DNA of 64,000 nt from Phyllobates terribilis (GCF_046119375.1 NW_027362764.1:394444001-394508000), one strand, 5' to 3'. Numbered from the stretch's first letter, positions 1 to 11,057 are shown. Made by a program: numbers and translations. The notes: generated by a model from the sequence alone, not told the origin.

Positions 1-13
1 TTTTCTTTTATTG

Positions 14-682
14 CAGGAGATCGTTGGCTTCAGCTGGAATGGGCGTGCGGGTAAGTATGGTTTAATTTAGAACAATAAAGAATTCTGTGTTTATTTCAAT
101 TAAAGGACTTTATTCTGGGTGCTGTGTTTTTTTTAAATACTTTACTAGAAATTCATGGCGGAGCTTCGCCCTATTTTTGTGTCCAGCCAGGTACAACTAG
201 GCAGCTGGGGGCTGGAATCTGCAACGCAGGGAGGCCCAAGCTTTCTGGGCCCCACCCGCTGCAAATTGCAGTCCGCAGCCACCCCGGAAAATGGCGCGTT
301 CATAGAAGCGCCATCTTCTGACGCTGTACCCAACTCATCCAGGGCCCTGGTGCGGTGGCTCACTGGGTAATAAAGGGGTTAGGGCCAGTTTGGCATTATC
401 AGCTGGTCCTAAGCCCGAAATTCATGGGGTCACGCCAATATTAGACATGACCGCCATGAATTTCTAGTAAAGTATTTTAAAAAAACACCCAGAATAAAGT
501 CCTTTCATTGAAATAAATACACAATTCTTTATTGTTCTAAATTAAACCATACTTACCATCACACCCATTCCAGCTGAAGCCAATGATCTCCTGATGGTAA
601 GTATGGTTTAATTTAGAGCAATAAAGATTTCTGTGTTTATTTCAATTAAAGGACTTTATTCTGGGTGTTTGTGTTTTTTTTA
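14..682. repeat. Foldback repeat: three copies of a ~140-bp unit in alternating orientation
   Basis: 14-160 is the reverse complement of 452-593. 595-682 is a direct copy of about 48-135 and is inverted relative to about 478-558. Confidence 0.85.
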
Positions 683-1197
683 ACTTTGACTATGGGGTTA
701 GCAATGGGGGTGTCTTATAGACGCCTCTCCATTACTAACCTGGGCTTGATGTCAGCTGGCATTATAAGCTGACATCAACCCCAGCCCTATTACCCCACTG
801 CCACCGCTACAGGGCAGTGGGAAGAGCGAGGCTAAGTGCCAGAATTGGCACATCCTATGGATGCGCCATTTCTGGGACGGCTGACGGCTGGTGTTTCTAG
901 CCTGGGAGGGGGCCAATATTCAAGGTACCCTTCCTGGGCTAGTAATATCAGCCCCCAGTTGTCTGCCTAGCCTTTGCTAGCTATTAAAATAGGGGGGACC
1001 CCACGTCATTTTTTTGGGGGGGGTCCCCCATTTTAATAGCTAGAAAAGGCTAGGTATTCAGCTGGGGGCTGATATTAGTAGCCTGGGAAGCTCCATGGGT
1101 ATTACCCCCTTCACAGGCTTCAAACATCTGCCCCACCCGTCTGCTTAACCTCCGCTAGAGACTAAAATTACGGGGAACCCCACGCCAATTTTTTTTT

Positions 1198-1782
1198 TAA
1201 TAAATCCTTTATTTTAACACTAAATGACAAGTACAGTAACCAACACTGTCACTGTACTTCTTATATATGTGACTGACATGTTTCTATCTATCTAATCTAT
1301 GTGTGAAGCTCTATCTTTCTGTTCTAAATTGTCGGGTACCGATGCTGAATTGCCGGCCGGCTTCTGTAAAGAGACAGTGCATGAAAACACTATTATTTTT
1401 TTAAATAAATCCTTTACACTAAATGACAAGTACAGTAAGCAACACTGTCACTGTACTTCTTATATATGTGACTGACATGTTTCTATCTATCTAATCTATG
1501 TGTGAAGCTCTACTCTTTCTGTTCTAAATTGTCGGGTACCGCTGCTGAATTGCCGGCCGGCTTTTTTAAAGAGACGGTGCATGAAAACACTAATATTTTT
1601 TTAATAAATCCTTTACACTAAATGACAAGTACAGTAACCAACACTGTCACTGTACTTCTTATATATGTGACTGACATGTTTCTATTTCTCTAATCTATGT
1701 GTGATGCTCTATTCCGTCTTGTCTAAATTGTCGGGTACCGGTGTATGCAGCTACTGAATTGCCGGCCGGCTTTTTTAAAGAG
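1198..1782. repeat. 199-bp tandem repeat, ~3 copies
   Basis: ACACTAAATGACAAG recurs at 1217, 1416 and 1615, and the rest of each unit is also conserved. Confidence 0.9.
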
Positions 1783-2195
1783 AGCATCTTCTGAGCAGTT
1801 TGTCAGCTTTTGGACACCTTTGAAGGTGTTTTCTATGTGTTTCTGTGTGTTTTTGTTTGCCTGCCATTGGTTTTAACGGTGTTCGACGGTGTTCTAAGGT
1901 GTTCGACAAACAGTTCGATGAACAGTTCCTCGAACATCCCGGTGTTCGACGAACCGAACCGAACCCGAACACTACGAGGGTGGCTCAACACTAGTCATAA
2001 CCCCACACACTATTAACCTGCAGATATGGGGTTAAGCTGCATGTTTATAGCACTCTAAAGCTGCCGGCTGCCTCACTGAAAGCTCATCTACCAGTAGGAG
2101 TATAACTTCCGACTTTCAGTCAAAGACGTTCCGGCGTTGCTTTGGTTAATGCTCAGAACACAGCAATGTTTGTAACAAAGTTACACATTGACTGA

Positions 2196-3162
2196 TGTGG
2201 CACCCCAGGGGTCTGGTTTTCCACAGTAATGTAATGTTATGTCTGAGAGCAGGTGGGAGGTCCTTTGGTCAGGGATCCTGTGCATGCCACACCTCCTGCC
2301 CAGTCTTGGGAGGGGAAGAACTTCCCCTGTATAAACCCTGGGCTGAGGCAGGGTTAGTCAGTCAAGGAGAGTAGAGACAAGAAACAGCAGAAGCAATACT
2401 ACTATGAGTCAGGGGCTGGCAGCTGCAGAGCTTGCCCTGACTGAGAAGCTTTCTTACCGGACCCGGCGTCCGAGGCTGTGGGGACTAACTCTTACCCAGC
2501 AGCAGAAGCCGACCGGCAGGGGATTTCAGGTCCTCAGGCCCAGAAACCCGAAGGCACGGTCACACGCGTGGGACCAGCACCGCCATCGTGGAGCGGAAGC
2601 CATTAGAAGGCCCCGAGTCACCGGCCATACGGGTGAGCACCACACGGTACACTCAGGGACGTGGGCTACTTATATCCGCTTCTAGCAAGGTAGCCAGAAG
2701 AGTACAGTCAGTTTGGGAGGCCTACAACTCCGCCTGGCCAGGGGAGATCCCAACTGCTCAAGGACTGACCAGGCCCCGTTCACTAGCAAGTACTCCGGGA
2801 GGGTCTATCGTTGTTACCAGTAAAGACCCTGAATTACACCGCACCGTCTCTTAGTGGTTCCTGCTACCCCCATCATCCACATCTGCTGCCCTGAGGCCAT
2901 ACCCCTCCCGTTGGGGGTTATACCATCTACGCTGCACCATCCATCCACCGGCCTCAGCGGACTGTCCTGCAGCGGCAGCTCCATAGCTGCATTCAACGGG
3001 TGGCGTAGTCGTCCTCCATCTACCGCTGTTACATCGCCGCTCAGTTTGACTCCCTGGGCACGGACCGGGTCACCGCCACGAGACTACAACCCTCAAGAGA
3101 TCCGGCTCCGGGTAAGCTCCCGCGTGCGCAACGCAGCGCGACACAGGCCCAGGGGCGCGTCA
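2196..3162 (+). repeat. 5' LTR (967 bp)
   Basis: Runs TGTGGCACCC...GCGCGTCA. Six substitutions versus the 3' LTR were seen by eye, at 2405, 2753, 2796, 2838, 2852 and 3006. Confidence 0.97.
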
Positions 3163-3166
3163 ACTT

Positions 3167-3185
3167 TGGCGTAGTCGGCAGGATT
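3167..3185 (+). promoter_or_regulatory. Primer-binding site, tRNA-Ser
   Basis: TGGCGTAGTCGGCAGGATT lies 4 nt after the LTR and is complementary to the vertebrate tRNA-Ser 3' end (AATCCTGCCGACTACG-CCA). Confidence 0.9.
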
Positions 3186-3253
3186 TCGTGCCCGCAACCA
3201 CCGGGTACTGCGTGCCTGAAAAAGAGACTTTTCAAACTTACCTGAGGTGAAGA

Positions 3254-3378
3254 TTCCCGCCATCCGGCGCCATCTTCAGCCTTCTTCCCGCCATCGGTGA
3301 AGTTTCCCGCCATCCGGCGCCATCTTCTGCCTTCTTCCCGCCATCCGTGGAGTTTTCCCGCCATTGGACGCCATCTTG
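3254..3378 (+). repeat. ~50-bp tandem repeat in the Gypsy 5' leader with CGCCATCTT (YY1-like) motifs
   Basis: TTCCCGCCATCCGGCGCCATCTTC at 3254 and 3304, plus a partial third unit. Confidence 0.8.
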
Positions 3379-3603
3379 AGGACGCCGCGCAGGAAGAAGA
3401 GGGGCGTGGACTCCGAAAGCGCGCGAGAACTTAAGCCCCGCCTCACGTCCGGACGTTGCGTAAGGTCCTGGAAGGAGCCCAGCAGACGCCGACGTCACAG
3501 GAGCGCGACGGAAGGTCTTCAACCCTGACGATCCACTGCGGAGCCGCGGCCTACGGAACAGGATCATCGCAAGGTAGGCCACGGTCCACTAGGGGGGAGG
3601 AAG

Positions 3604-4584
3604 ATGTCGGATACGGAGGAGAGCTTCACTGCCTCAACCCCCGCCAGCGCTACCGCTGCTGCAGTTATGCCCTTCACCATGCCCTATATCCCGGGAGCAG
3701 CTTGGCTACCCCAGTACTCAGGGGAGTCACATACCCTGCATGACTTTAGAGAAAAGCTGGATAGCCTCTTCCAGGTGTACCCCCTCACAGAAGAGCAAAA
3801 AGTGAGCATCCTGGTGGCCCAACTAACCGGGGCAGCCAAAAGGGAAGTAAAATCCTGGCCACCTGGGAGGAAGACTGTCGCAGGGATACTAACCCGGCTG
3901 AAGGACACCTTTGATACCCGCACCTCAGCCGAGATTAAGCTTAGATTCTACGGGTGCAAGCAGCGAGCGCATGAGAGTATAAGGGACTATGCACTAAACC
4001 TACAAGAGGCCCTGAGGGCCATTAAGCAGACCGACCCTGATGGAGTGGGAAACGAGGACAGGCTGTTGACTGAACAGTTTATAGAGGGACTGTATTGTAA
4101 TACCCACCGAACCCAGTTGCGGGCAATGGCCTTACAGGATCCCCATCTGGGCTTTGCACAGTTCAAGGACAGAGCCATCCGGGTGCTCCGAGAACCGGCA
4201 CCGGGTGGCGTTGTGATCCACAAGCGCCCTGCTATCACTTACCACCAGGAGGCGGCGCCCTTGTCGGCAGGGCCTGTGGGAGCTGATGTGCAGACTTTGG
4301 ACAATGACCCAGCTCCAGACCTACACCATCAGGTCCAAGAGCTAGCTAAGAGCGTTGCTGCGCTAACCCGAACTGTGCAGTCTTTACAGGCTTCCACCCC
4401 AGGGAAGATCCAGCTGGCATCCGGACCGGAGGACATCCCGTGGCGTCGACCAAGGAGGACCCCACCGGCCAGAGGAAGACCCAGTGACCGATACAGCGAG
4501 GACGGACGACCCATCTGCCGCCGCTGCAATCAACCTGGACATATGGCAAGGTACTGTTCTTTAAACGGGCACAACCTGGGGTAG
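3604..4584 (+). CDS. gag: Gypsy Gag polyprotein (326 aa)
   Basis: ORF follows the PBS and has a C-terminal CCHC zinc knuckle CRRCNQPGHMARYC. Confidence 0.93.
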   Translation: MSDTEESFTASTPASATAAAVMPFTMPYIPGAAWLPQYSGESHTLHDFREKLDSLFQVYPLTEEQKVSILVAQLTGAAKREVKSWPPGRKTVAGILTRLKDTFDTRTSAEIKLRFYGCKQRAHESIRDYALNLQEALRAIKQTDPDGVGNEDRLLTEQFIEGLYCNTHRTQLRAMALQDPHLGFAQFKDRAIRVLREPAPGGVVIHKRPAITYHQEAAPLSAGPVGADVQTLDNDPAPDLHHQVQELAKSVAALTRTVQSLQASTPGKIQLASGPEDIPWRRPRRTPPARGRPSDRYSEDGRPICRRCNQPGHMARYCSLNGHNLG

Positions 4585-4618
4585 AGGGCCAACCCCCAGG
4601 AAAAAGATCACCAGGCCC
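4560..4618 (+). promoter_or_regulatory. -1 programmed ribosomal frameshift signal (slippery site plus predicted pseudoknot)
   Basis: T TTA AAC at 4560-4566 is in the gag frame, and the -1 frame is open into pol. Stem 1 is CCTGGGG 4575-4581 / CCCCAGG 4594-4600; stem 2 is GGGCC 4586-4590 / GGCCC 4614-4618. Confidence 0.8.
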
Positions 4619-7600
4619 ATCGAACTGGCGCGACAGATATGTGGGAGGACGTCCAGTCTTGCCTGTGGTATTGGATGGCATTCCCATGAGTGCCCTACTG
4701 GACACCGGGTCACAGGTCACCACCATCCCGTACGTGCTCTTTAAGCAGTACTGGAATGACTCGGATATTACCCGCTACCCTGACGACGACTTGAGTATCA
4801 TCGCCAGCAATGGCCAGCCCGTGCCACAGATCGGATTTAAAGAGGTGACCATCAAAATCGGTAGAGTCGAACTGGCAGCACAGGGACTGATCATTGTAGA
4901 TATTGACAAACATGAGAGTCACCCAAAAATAACTCTAGGAACTAATGTAATTGAAAATTGTCTTGCAGAGGTGATTTTCCTTTTACAGCAGGTTGCCAAG
5001 AACGCCAGCTCCGGCGAGCAGCGGGTGCTCCAGAAAGAGATCCGGGCACTGATGCGACGGCAACAGGTGGAACTCTCCGGCGGTGAGATTGGTAGCGTAA
5101 GAATGTGTGACCCTTTTCCTATTGCCATGCCCCCAAAAAGTGAAATGATGATTTGGTGCCGGGCAGCTATTGGTCTGAGAGGTAGAGATTACCAGGCAAT
5201 GGTAGAACCAGTTTACTCGGACAGTAGGCCCACCATTTTGACAGCACGGGGGGTGGTTGATGTACGCCATGGGAGGGTGCCCGTTCGCATAATAAATATC
5301 GGGGAGAGGGAAGTGTACCTGCCCCGGTATGCCACGCTAGCCAAATTATATACCATTAACCAAAATTCTATACAATCTGTGGAACCCTTGCCTCCATCTC
5401 ACCCGGAGGAAGGTAACGGCTCTAAGAAAAACATGGAGGACTGGTGTCAGCAACTACATCTGGGTACTGACTCCACTCCCGCACACCAGAAACAAGGAGT
5501 CTATCGGGTGGTTCAGGAGTACGAGAGAGTGTTCAGTAAACACCCGTTAGACTTCGGGCGAGTCAAGGGGGTAGAACACCACATCCCCACGGGAGACCAT
5601 CCTCCTATAAAAGAGAGGTATCGACCCGTACCCCCTGCCCACTACCAACACGCCAAGGGGATGCTTAGAGACATGAAGGAGGCTGGGGTGATCAGGGATA
5701 GCTGTAGCCCCTGGGCAGCTCCACTAGTCTTAGTCCGAAAGAAAGACAACACCATGAGGATGTGTGTAGATTACCGGAAAATCAATCGTATCACACACAA
5801 GGATGCGTACCCCTTACCAAGGATAGAGGAGTCATTGGCTGCTTTAAGATCTGCTAACTTCTTCTCTACCTTGGATCTCACTAGCGGGTACTGGCAGGTT
5901 CCTGTAGCAGAGGCGGACCGGGAGAAGACCGCATTCACCACCCCGATGGGACTTAGCGAGTTCACCTGTATGCCGTTCGGACTCTGCAACGCACCGGGAA
6001 CCTTCCAACGACTAATGGAGTGTTGTCTGGGCCACAGAAACTTCGAGACGGTCCTGTTGTACCTGGACGATGTCATCGTATATTCCAAGATGTATGAGGA
6101 CCACCTGAAACACCTGGCGGAAGTGTTCGAAGCTCTGGCAAGTTACGGCCTAAAGGTGAAACCCTCCAAGTGTCACCTCCTGAAACCAAAGGTGCAGTAC
6201 CTGGGACACATGGTGAGCGCTGACGGAGTGGCTCCCGACCCTGATAAGATCACCGCAATTAAGGAATGGCCAAGCCCCTCCAGCGTAAAAGAAGTGCGGC
6301 AGTTCCTCGGGTTGGTAGGCTACTACCGAAGGTTTATTCCCGGTTTCACCAAAAAGGCAGCACCTATGCAGGACCTCCTGATAGGCCAGTCCCGGAAGGC
6401 CAAGAACCAGAAGCCGCCCTTCAAATGGGAGGAGCTGGAAGAAGAGTCCTTCCGCCAGCTGAAGATGGCCCTCACGGGGGACGAAATCCTGGCGTACCCG
6501 GATTATAGCCAGCCCTTTATCCTCTACACCGACGCCAGTAACATCGGGCTAGGAGCCGTACTGTCCCAGATCCAGCAGGGGAAGGAACGAGTAATTGCCT
6601 ACGCCAGCCGAAAACTGCGACCCACCGAAAGGAACCCCGAGAATTACAGCTCATTTAAGTTAGAGTTCCTGGCCGTAGTATGGGCAGTCACCGAGCGCTT
6701 TAAGCATTACCTCGCTTCTTCCCGGTTCACCGTGTACACGGATAACAACCCGTTGACACACCTGGACACGGCAAGACTCGGTGCCCTGGAGCAGAGGTGG
6801 ATGGCCCGTCTGTCCAACTACGAGTTCACAATCAAATACCGGGCAGGACGCTCCAATACCAACGCGGACGCCCTGTCCAGGATGCCCAACCTGCCGGACG
6901 GAGGAGAAGATCCGGAGGGACTGGAAGAAGTTGAACTCCCTGCATTCCACCGTCATGGGACTATCCAGTATTCCCACCGGGTAAGGAGTAAGCAGGCTGC
7001 TACGTTGAACCCCTTACCCCACTACAACTGGGCGGAAACGCAAGACAGCGACCCTGCCATCCGACTGGTGAAGGAGATGCTGACTCGGCTGGAGGCTCGC
7101 CTTGAACCAGACGCTCCGGAGGAAGCCAAACAACTATGGGCAGAGAAGAGTCGACTGTTCCTTTACAAAGGGAAGTTGTGCCGCAGAATGGTTAACTCCC
7201 GGACGCATGAATTACTCTGGCAAGTAGTGGTGCCACGAAGAGACGCAGCCATGGTGATGGAGGCATACCACGATGGAGCTGGGCACTTCGGGTGGAAGAA
7301 GCTGGAGTTCCTGCTGCGCGAGCGGTTCCACTGGGTAGGCATGAGGGGAACCATCGAGAAGTGGTGCAGAGACTGTGGCCCGTGCAACCTGAGAAGGAAG
7401 GACCGTGCCAGCCAGAAGACTCCCCTGCAGTCCATCGTCACCCGGCAACCGTTGGAACTGGTAGCCTTGGATCATGTAAAACTGACCCCAAGCAGAAGTG
7501 GCTACGTCTACGCGTTAACCATCGTGGATCATTACTCCCGGTTTCTGGTTGTCGTCCCCGTCAAGGACTTAACGGCTCAAACAGCAGCTAGAGCCTTCCA

Positions 7601-8696
7601 GCAGCACTTTTGCCGTCCACACGGGTACCCGGACCAAGTGCTGACGGACCAGGGACCTGCCTTTGAAGCGGAGGTCTTCCAGGAATTCTGCAATCTGTAT
7701 GGCTGCCGGAAGATAAGGACGACACCCTACCATCCGCAAACTAATGGACTTTGTGAGAAAATGAACCAGGTGGTAATGGATCTTCTAAAAACGTTGCCCC
7801 TGGAAGAACGCAGTCTGTGGCCTGAGAAGTTGCCCGATCTGGTGGACCTATACAACCACATCCCAGTAGGTTCCACCAACTGTACCCCGGCTTACCTAAT
7901 GAGGGCAAGACCTGGTAAGTTACCTGTTGACCTGGAAATGGGAGTCCTGACACCCGAGGACACTTCACCAGAAACAGACTGGGACACAGAGAGGCAGCAG
8001 CAGTACCGGAGAGTACAGGAGAGCGTGGAGCGAAGTCTCTGTCAGGCTAGGGAAAGACAAGAGAAAACTTACAACCAGTATGCTCCCGCTGTTCCCCTGG
8101 TACCCGGAGAGCAGGTCTTGAAGAGGAAGAGACGGCTCCACAAGTTGGATGACCAGTGGGAGAAGGACCCGTACACCGTACTGCCCTCAAGCCACGAGAA
8201 CCCGAAGGTTTGTACCATCAGTAAAGACGGAGGGGAAACCACAGCCATTGTATCCCGGGACCACCTGAAGAAGTGTCCCGAACAACTGAGGAACCCTGAA
8301 GAGGAACAAGAAGACCATCGACCCATAGAGGAAAGGGAAGATCTGGTTAGTACTGTGCTCGGGGACTTCCCTCGGTCTTGGACTCAAGTCAATGGTGCAG
8401 TTGTGGTACCCGTACTCACCTTCCTCCAACTAGCATCCCAAGCACCTACGGAGCAACAGGTAGAGCTGGAAGAACAGCCGGTCCAGGAGGCAGAAGACTC
8501 CACACAAGCAGAACAGGAGGATCAACCCTCTGCTTATAGTGAGCCTGCCGTACCCCTAGTGAGACAAAGAGCCGGTAGACAGCTGCCCAGTTTACCCTTG
8601 ACAGCTCCTACACCCTGTAGTTCAGGGCCAGACAGTCAGCTCCGTAGGTCCACTAGGGCCACTAGAGGCCAGTTACCCGCACGCTGGAGGATTTGA
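4566..8696 (+). CDS. pol: Gypsy Pol (protease-RT-RNase H-integrase), uninterrupted; ORF track lists it from 4641
   Basis: Protease LLDTGSQ; RT LDLTSGYWQ and YLDD; RNase H YTDAS / LEFLA / YTDNNPL / NADALSR; integrase HHCC (YHDGAGH, CRDC) and D-D-E (LDHV, TDQG, LCEKMN). Confidence 0.96.
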   Translation, partial: RAQPGVEGQPPGKRSPGPSNWRDRYVGGRPVLPVVLDGIPMSALLDTGSQVTTIPYVLFKQYWNDSDITRYPDDDLSIIASNGQPVPQIGFKEVTIKIGRVELAAQGLIIVDIDKHESHPKITLGTNVIENCLAEVIFLLQQVAKNASSGEQRVLQKEIRALMRRQQVELSGGEIGSVRMCDPFPIAMPPKSEMMIWCRAAIGLRGRDYQAMVEPVYSDSRPTILTARGVVDVRHGRVPVRIINIGEREVYLPRYATLAKLYTINQNSIQSVEPLPPSHPEEGNGSKKNMEDWCQQLHLGTDSTPAHQKQGVYRVVQEYERVFSKHPLDFGRVKGVEHHIPTGDHPPIKERYRPVPPAHYQHAKGMLRDMKEAGVIRDSCSPWAAPLVLVRKKDNTMRMCVDYRKINRITHKDAYPLPRIEESLAALRSANFFSTLDLTSGYWQVPVAEADREKTAFTTPMGLSEFTCMPFGLCNAPGTFQRLMECCLGHRNFETVLLYLDDVIVYSKMYEDHLKHLAEVFEALASYGLKVKPSKCHLLKPKVQYLGHMVSADGVAPDPDKITAIKEWPSPSSVKEVRQFLGLVGYYRRFIPGFTKKAAPMQDLLIGQSRKAKNQKPPFKWEELEEESFRQLKMALTGDEILAYPDYSQPFILYTDASNIGLGAVLSQIQQGKERVIAYASRKLRPTERNPENYSSFKLEFLAVVWAVTERFKHYLASSRFTVYTDNNPLTHLDTARLGALEQRWMARLSNYEFTIKYRAGRSNTNADALSRMPNLPDGGEDPEGLEEVELPAFHRHGTIQYSHRVRSKQAATLNPLPHYNWAETQDSDPAIRLVKEMLTRLEARLEPDAPEEAKQLWAEKSRLFLYKGKLCRRMVNSRTHELLWQVVVPRRDAAMVMEAYHDGAGHFGWKKLEFLLRERFHWVGMRGTIEKWCRDCGPCNLRRKDRASQKTPLQSIVTRQPLELVALDHVKLTPSRSGYVYALTIVDHYSRFLVVVPVKDLTAQTAARAFQQHFCRPHGYPDQVLTDQGPAFEAEVFQEFCNLYGCRKIRTTPYHPQTNGLCEKMNQVVMDLLKTLPLEERSLWPEKLPDLVDLYNHIPVGSTNCTPAYLMRARPGKLPVDLEMGVLTPEDTSPETDWDTERQQQYRRVQESVERSLCQARERQEKTYNQYAPAVPLVPGEQVLKRKRRLHKLDDQWEKDPYTVLPSSHENPKVCTISKDGGETTAIVSRDHLKKCPEQLRNPEEEQEDHRPIEEREDLVSTVLGDFPRSWTQVNGAVVVPVLTFLQLASQAPTEQQVELEEQPVQEAEDSTQAEQEDQPSAYSEPAVPLVRQRAGRQLPSLPLTAPTPCSSGPDSQLRRSTRATRGQLPARWRI

Positions 8697-9050
8697 AGTG
8701 TATAAATTGTTTTATTTATGTTTATCTGTGTATTGTTGCTTGTGTATAATTTTGTGTTTCCAGTTATTTTTAGGAATCCTTGGTGGATTTACCGGGAATC
8801 CTTGTACATAGTTGGAGCGTAACCCAGGATGGACTAGAGACTGTTAAGGACTCGGGGTAGGACAGACCCCTACCTGGTTACGTCTCCCTGTTTTGGTGAA
8901 ATGGACACCTTGCTTTCTTCAAAGACTACACCCGGTTACGGACATGCCGTGACCACCTTTATGTGTTTCTTCTTATTGTACTATTATTGTTGTTATATCT
9001 TGTTATGTTTTTTCTAAAATATGTTTAGTCCCGGAGTACTAAATTTCACT

Positions 9051-9059
9051 AGGGGGGAA
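9051..9059 (+). promoter_or_regulatory. Polypurine tract
   Basis: AGGGGGGAA immediately precedes the 3' LTR. Confidence 0.85.
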
Positions 9060-10026
9060 TGTGGCACCCCAGGGGTCTGGTTTTCCACAGTAATGTAATG
9101 TTATGTCTGAGAGCAGGTGGGAGGTCCTTTGGTCAGGGATCCTGTGCATGCCACACCTCCTGCCCAGTCTTGGGAGGGGAAGAACTTCCCCTGTATAAAC
9201 CCTGGGCTGAGGCAGGGTTAGTCAGTCAAGGAGAGTAGAGACAAGAAACAGCAGAAGCAATACTACTACGAGTCAGGGGCTGGCAGCTGCAGAGCTTGCC
9301 CTGACTGAGAAGCTTTCTTACCGGACCCGGCGTCCGAGGCTGTGGGGACTAACTCTTACCCAGCAGCAGAAGCCGACCGGCAGGGGATTTCAGGTCCTCA
9401 GGCCCAGAAACCCGAAGGCACGGTCACACGCGTGGGACCAGCACCGCCATCGTGGAGCGGAAGCCATTAGAAGGCCCCGAGTCACCGGCCATACGGGTGA
9501 GCACCACACGGTACACTCAGGGACGTGGGCTACTTATATCCGCTTCTAGCAAGGTAGCCAGAAGAGTACAGTCAGTTTGGGAGGCCTACAACTCCGCCTG
9601 GCCAGGGGAGATCCCATCTGCTCAAGGACTGACCAGGCCCCGTTCACTAGCAAGTACTCAGGGAGGGTCTATCGTTGTTACCAGTAAAGACCCTGAATTA
9701 CGCCGCACCGTCTCTGAGTGGTTCCTGCTACCCCCATCATCCACATCTGCTGCCCTGAGGCCATACCCCTCCCGTTGGGGGTTATACCATCTACGCTGCA
9801 CCATCCATCCACCGGCCTCAGCGGACTGTCCTGCAGCGGCAGCTCCATAGCTGCATTCAACGGGTGGCGCAGTCGTCCTCCATCTACCGCTGTTACATCG
9901 CCGCTCAGTTTGACTCCCTGGGCACGGACCGGGTCACCGCCACGAGACTACAACCCTCAAGAGATCCGGCTCCGGGTAAGCTCCCGCGTGCGCAACGCAG
10001 CGCGACACAGGCCCAGGGGCGCGTCA
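9060..10026 (+). repeat. 3' LTR (967 bp)
   Basis: Near-identical to 2196-3162 and followed by the TSD CTGA. Confidence 0.97.
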
Positions 10027-11057
10027 CTGACATTCATTGACATTCTGCACATTGACTGACATCTGACTATGCATTAATGACCTGCGTAGCTGGCAGTCAA
10101 TCAATATGACAAGCTGTACTTTCAGTCGTCGGACATTGGGTACTGAGCAGTGACTGAAGCTGCCCTGACACAACTCTATGACTGAAATCTGGTGGCTTCC
10201 AGGAGGAATCAAGTGTGGCAATCATAAACCTGCAGATGCTATAAACCTGCAGATTAATTCTATTTATTCAGGTTAATAGCAGATATGCAATCATTTATTC
10301 ACTGTTTATACACCTCTTGATCCATGTGCACACAATGATCATTAACATGATCATTCTGTTGTATAGAATACCATTGTACTTGACAACACATCTTACTTAC
10401 ACAGGACAATGTGCTGTTAAGAACAATAATTTTTAAACAAGCTTAAAATGATTTCACCTGACGAATGGAGATTTTACATTTCAGCAGGTGATCAGCAGCC
10501 CATATTTGGTAATTTCATACTTACTCAGGCAAATTTCATCATCTGTAAGTATGGTCTGATTGGATAAAAATCTCTGTGTATAGATGTAGAATTTAGACAA
10601 GCAGAAAACAGAAACAAAGAAACAGAATTGAAAATAGGAGAAACATTTTTGACTACTCATTAACTAAGGATTATCACAATGTTGGCAATTTATTTTATTT
10701 ATATTGTATAACAAAATGAACATATATTTCACTTACTTTATTTACCCATAAGTTTGAGGAAAGTTCCATTTTTAATGCCCTGCTGAATTTTTCAGAAATT
10801 GCAGCATTTTTAGCTCAGTTTATGATCTATACATGAAAAGTTCAACTAAAGCAGAACTGCTCTGGAATGTATTATTCTGCAACTTTTCTTCATAAGATTG
10901 GTAAAATGCAAGCCAATAGTTGTCCTTCATATTTTAGGCTTGAAGCAAGCTGGTTTAAACTAAAATGAAGATGTCCTAAGCTGTTTAAATCCTGAAAAAA
11001 AATCTGTATTAATCAGAATTAGGAGAAATTATTCATAGCGTTCTGTTCCAGCAGCAT

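Larger units (their letters stand above)
1..1993 (+). mobile_element. Right-hand portion of a hAT-family element (left end outside window)
   Basis: Ends in GCTCAACACTA (1983-1993), the terminus type shared by the hAT elements at 25.9-54.1 kb. Bases 1795-1993 closely match the right end of hAT-B (about 43155-43309), including the TTCGA/CGAAC subterminal motifs. Confidence 0.75.
2196..10026 (+). mobile_element. Full-length Ty3/Gypsy LTR retrotransposon
   Basis: TG...CA LTRs at 2196-3162 and 9060-10026; 4-bp TSD CTGA (2192-2195, 10027-10030); PBS and PPT; gag followed by PR-RT-RH-INT pol. Confidence 0.98.

Noticed and set aside
3001-3012. PBS-like TGGCGTAGTCG inside the LTR
   Set aside because: Only 11 nt match, it is altered in the 3' LTR, and the true PBS is at 3167.
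2404-3174. Several 88-106 aa ORFs in the 5' LTR (repeated at 9452-10059)
   Set aside because: They lie in GC-rich LTR sequence, show no domain motifs, and their starts and stops differ between the two LTRs.
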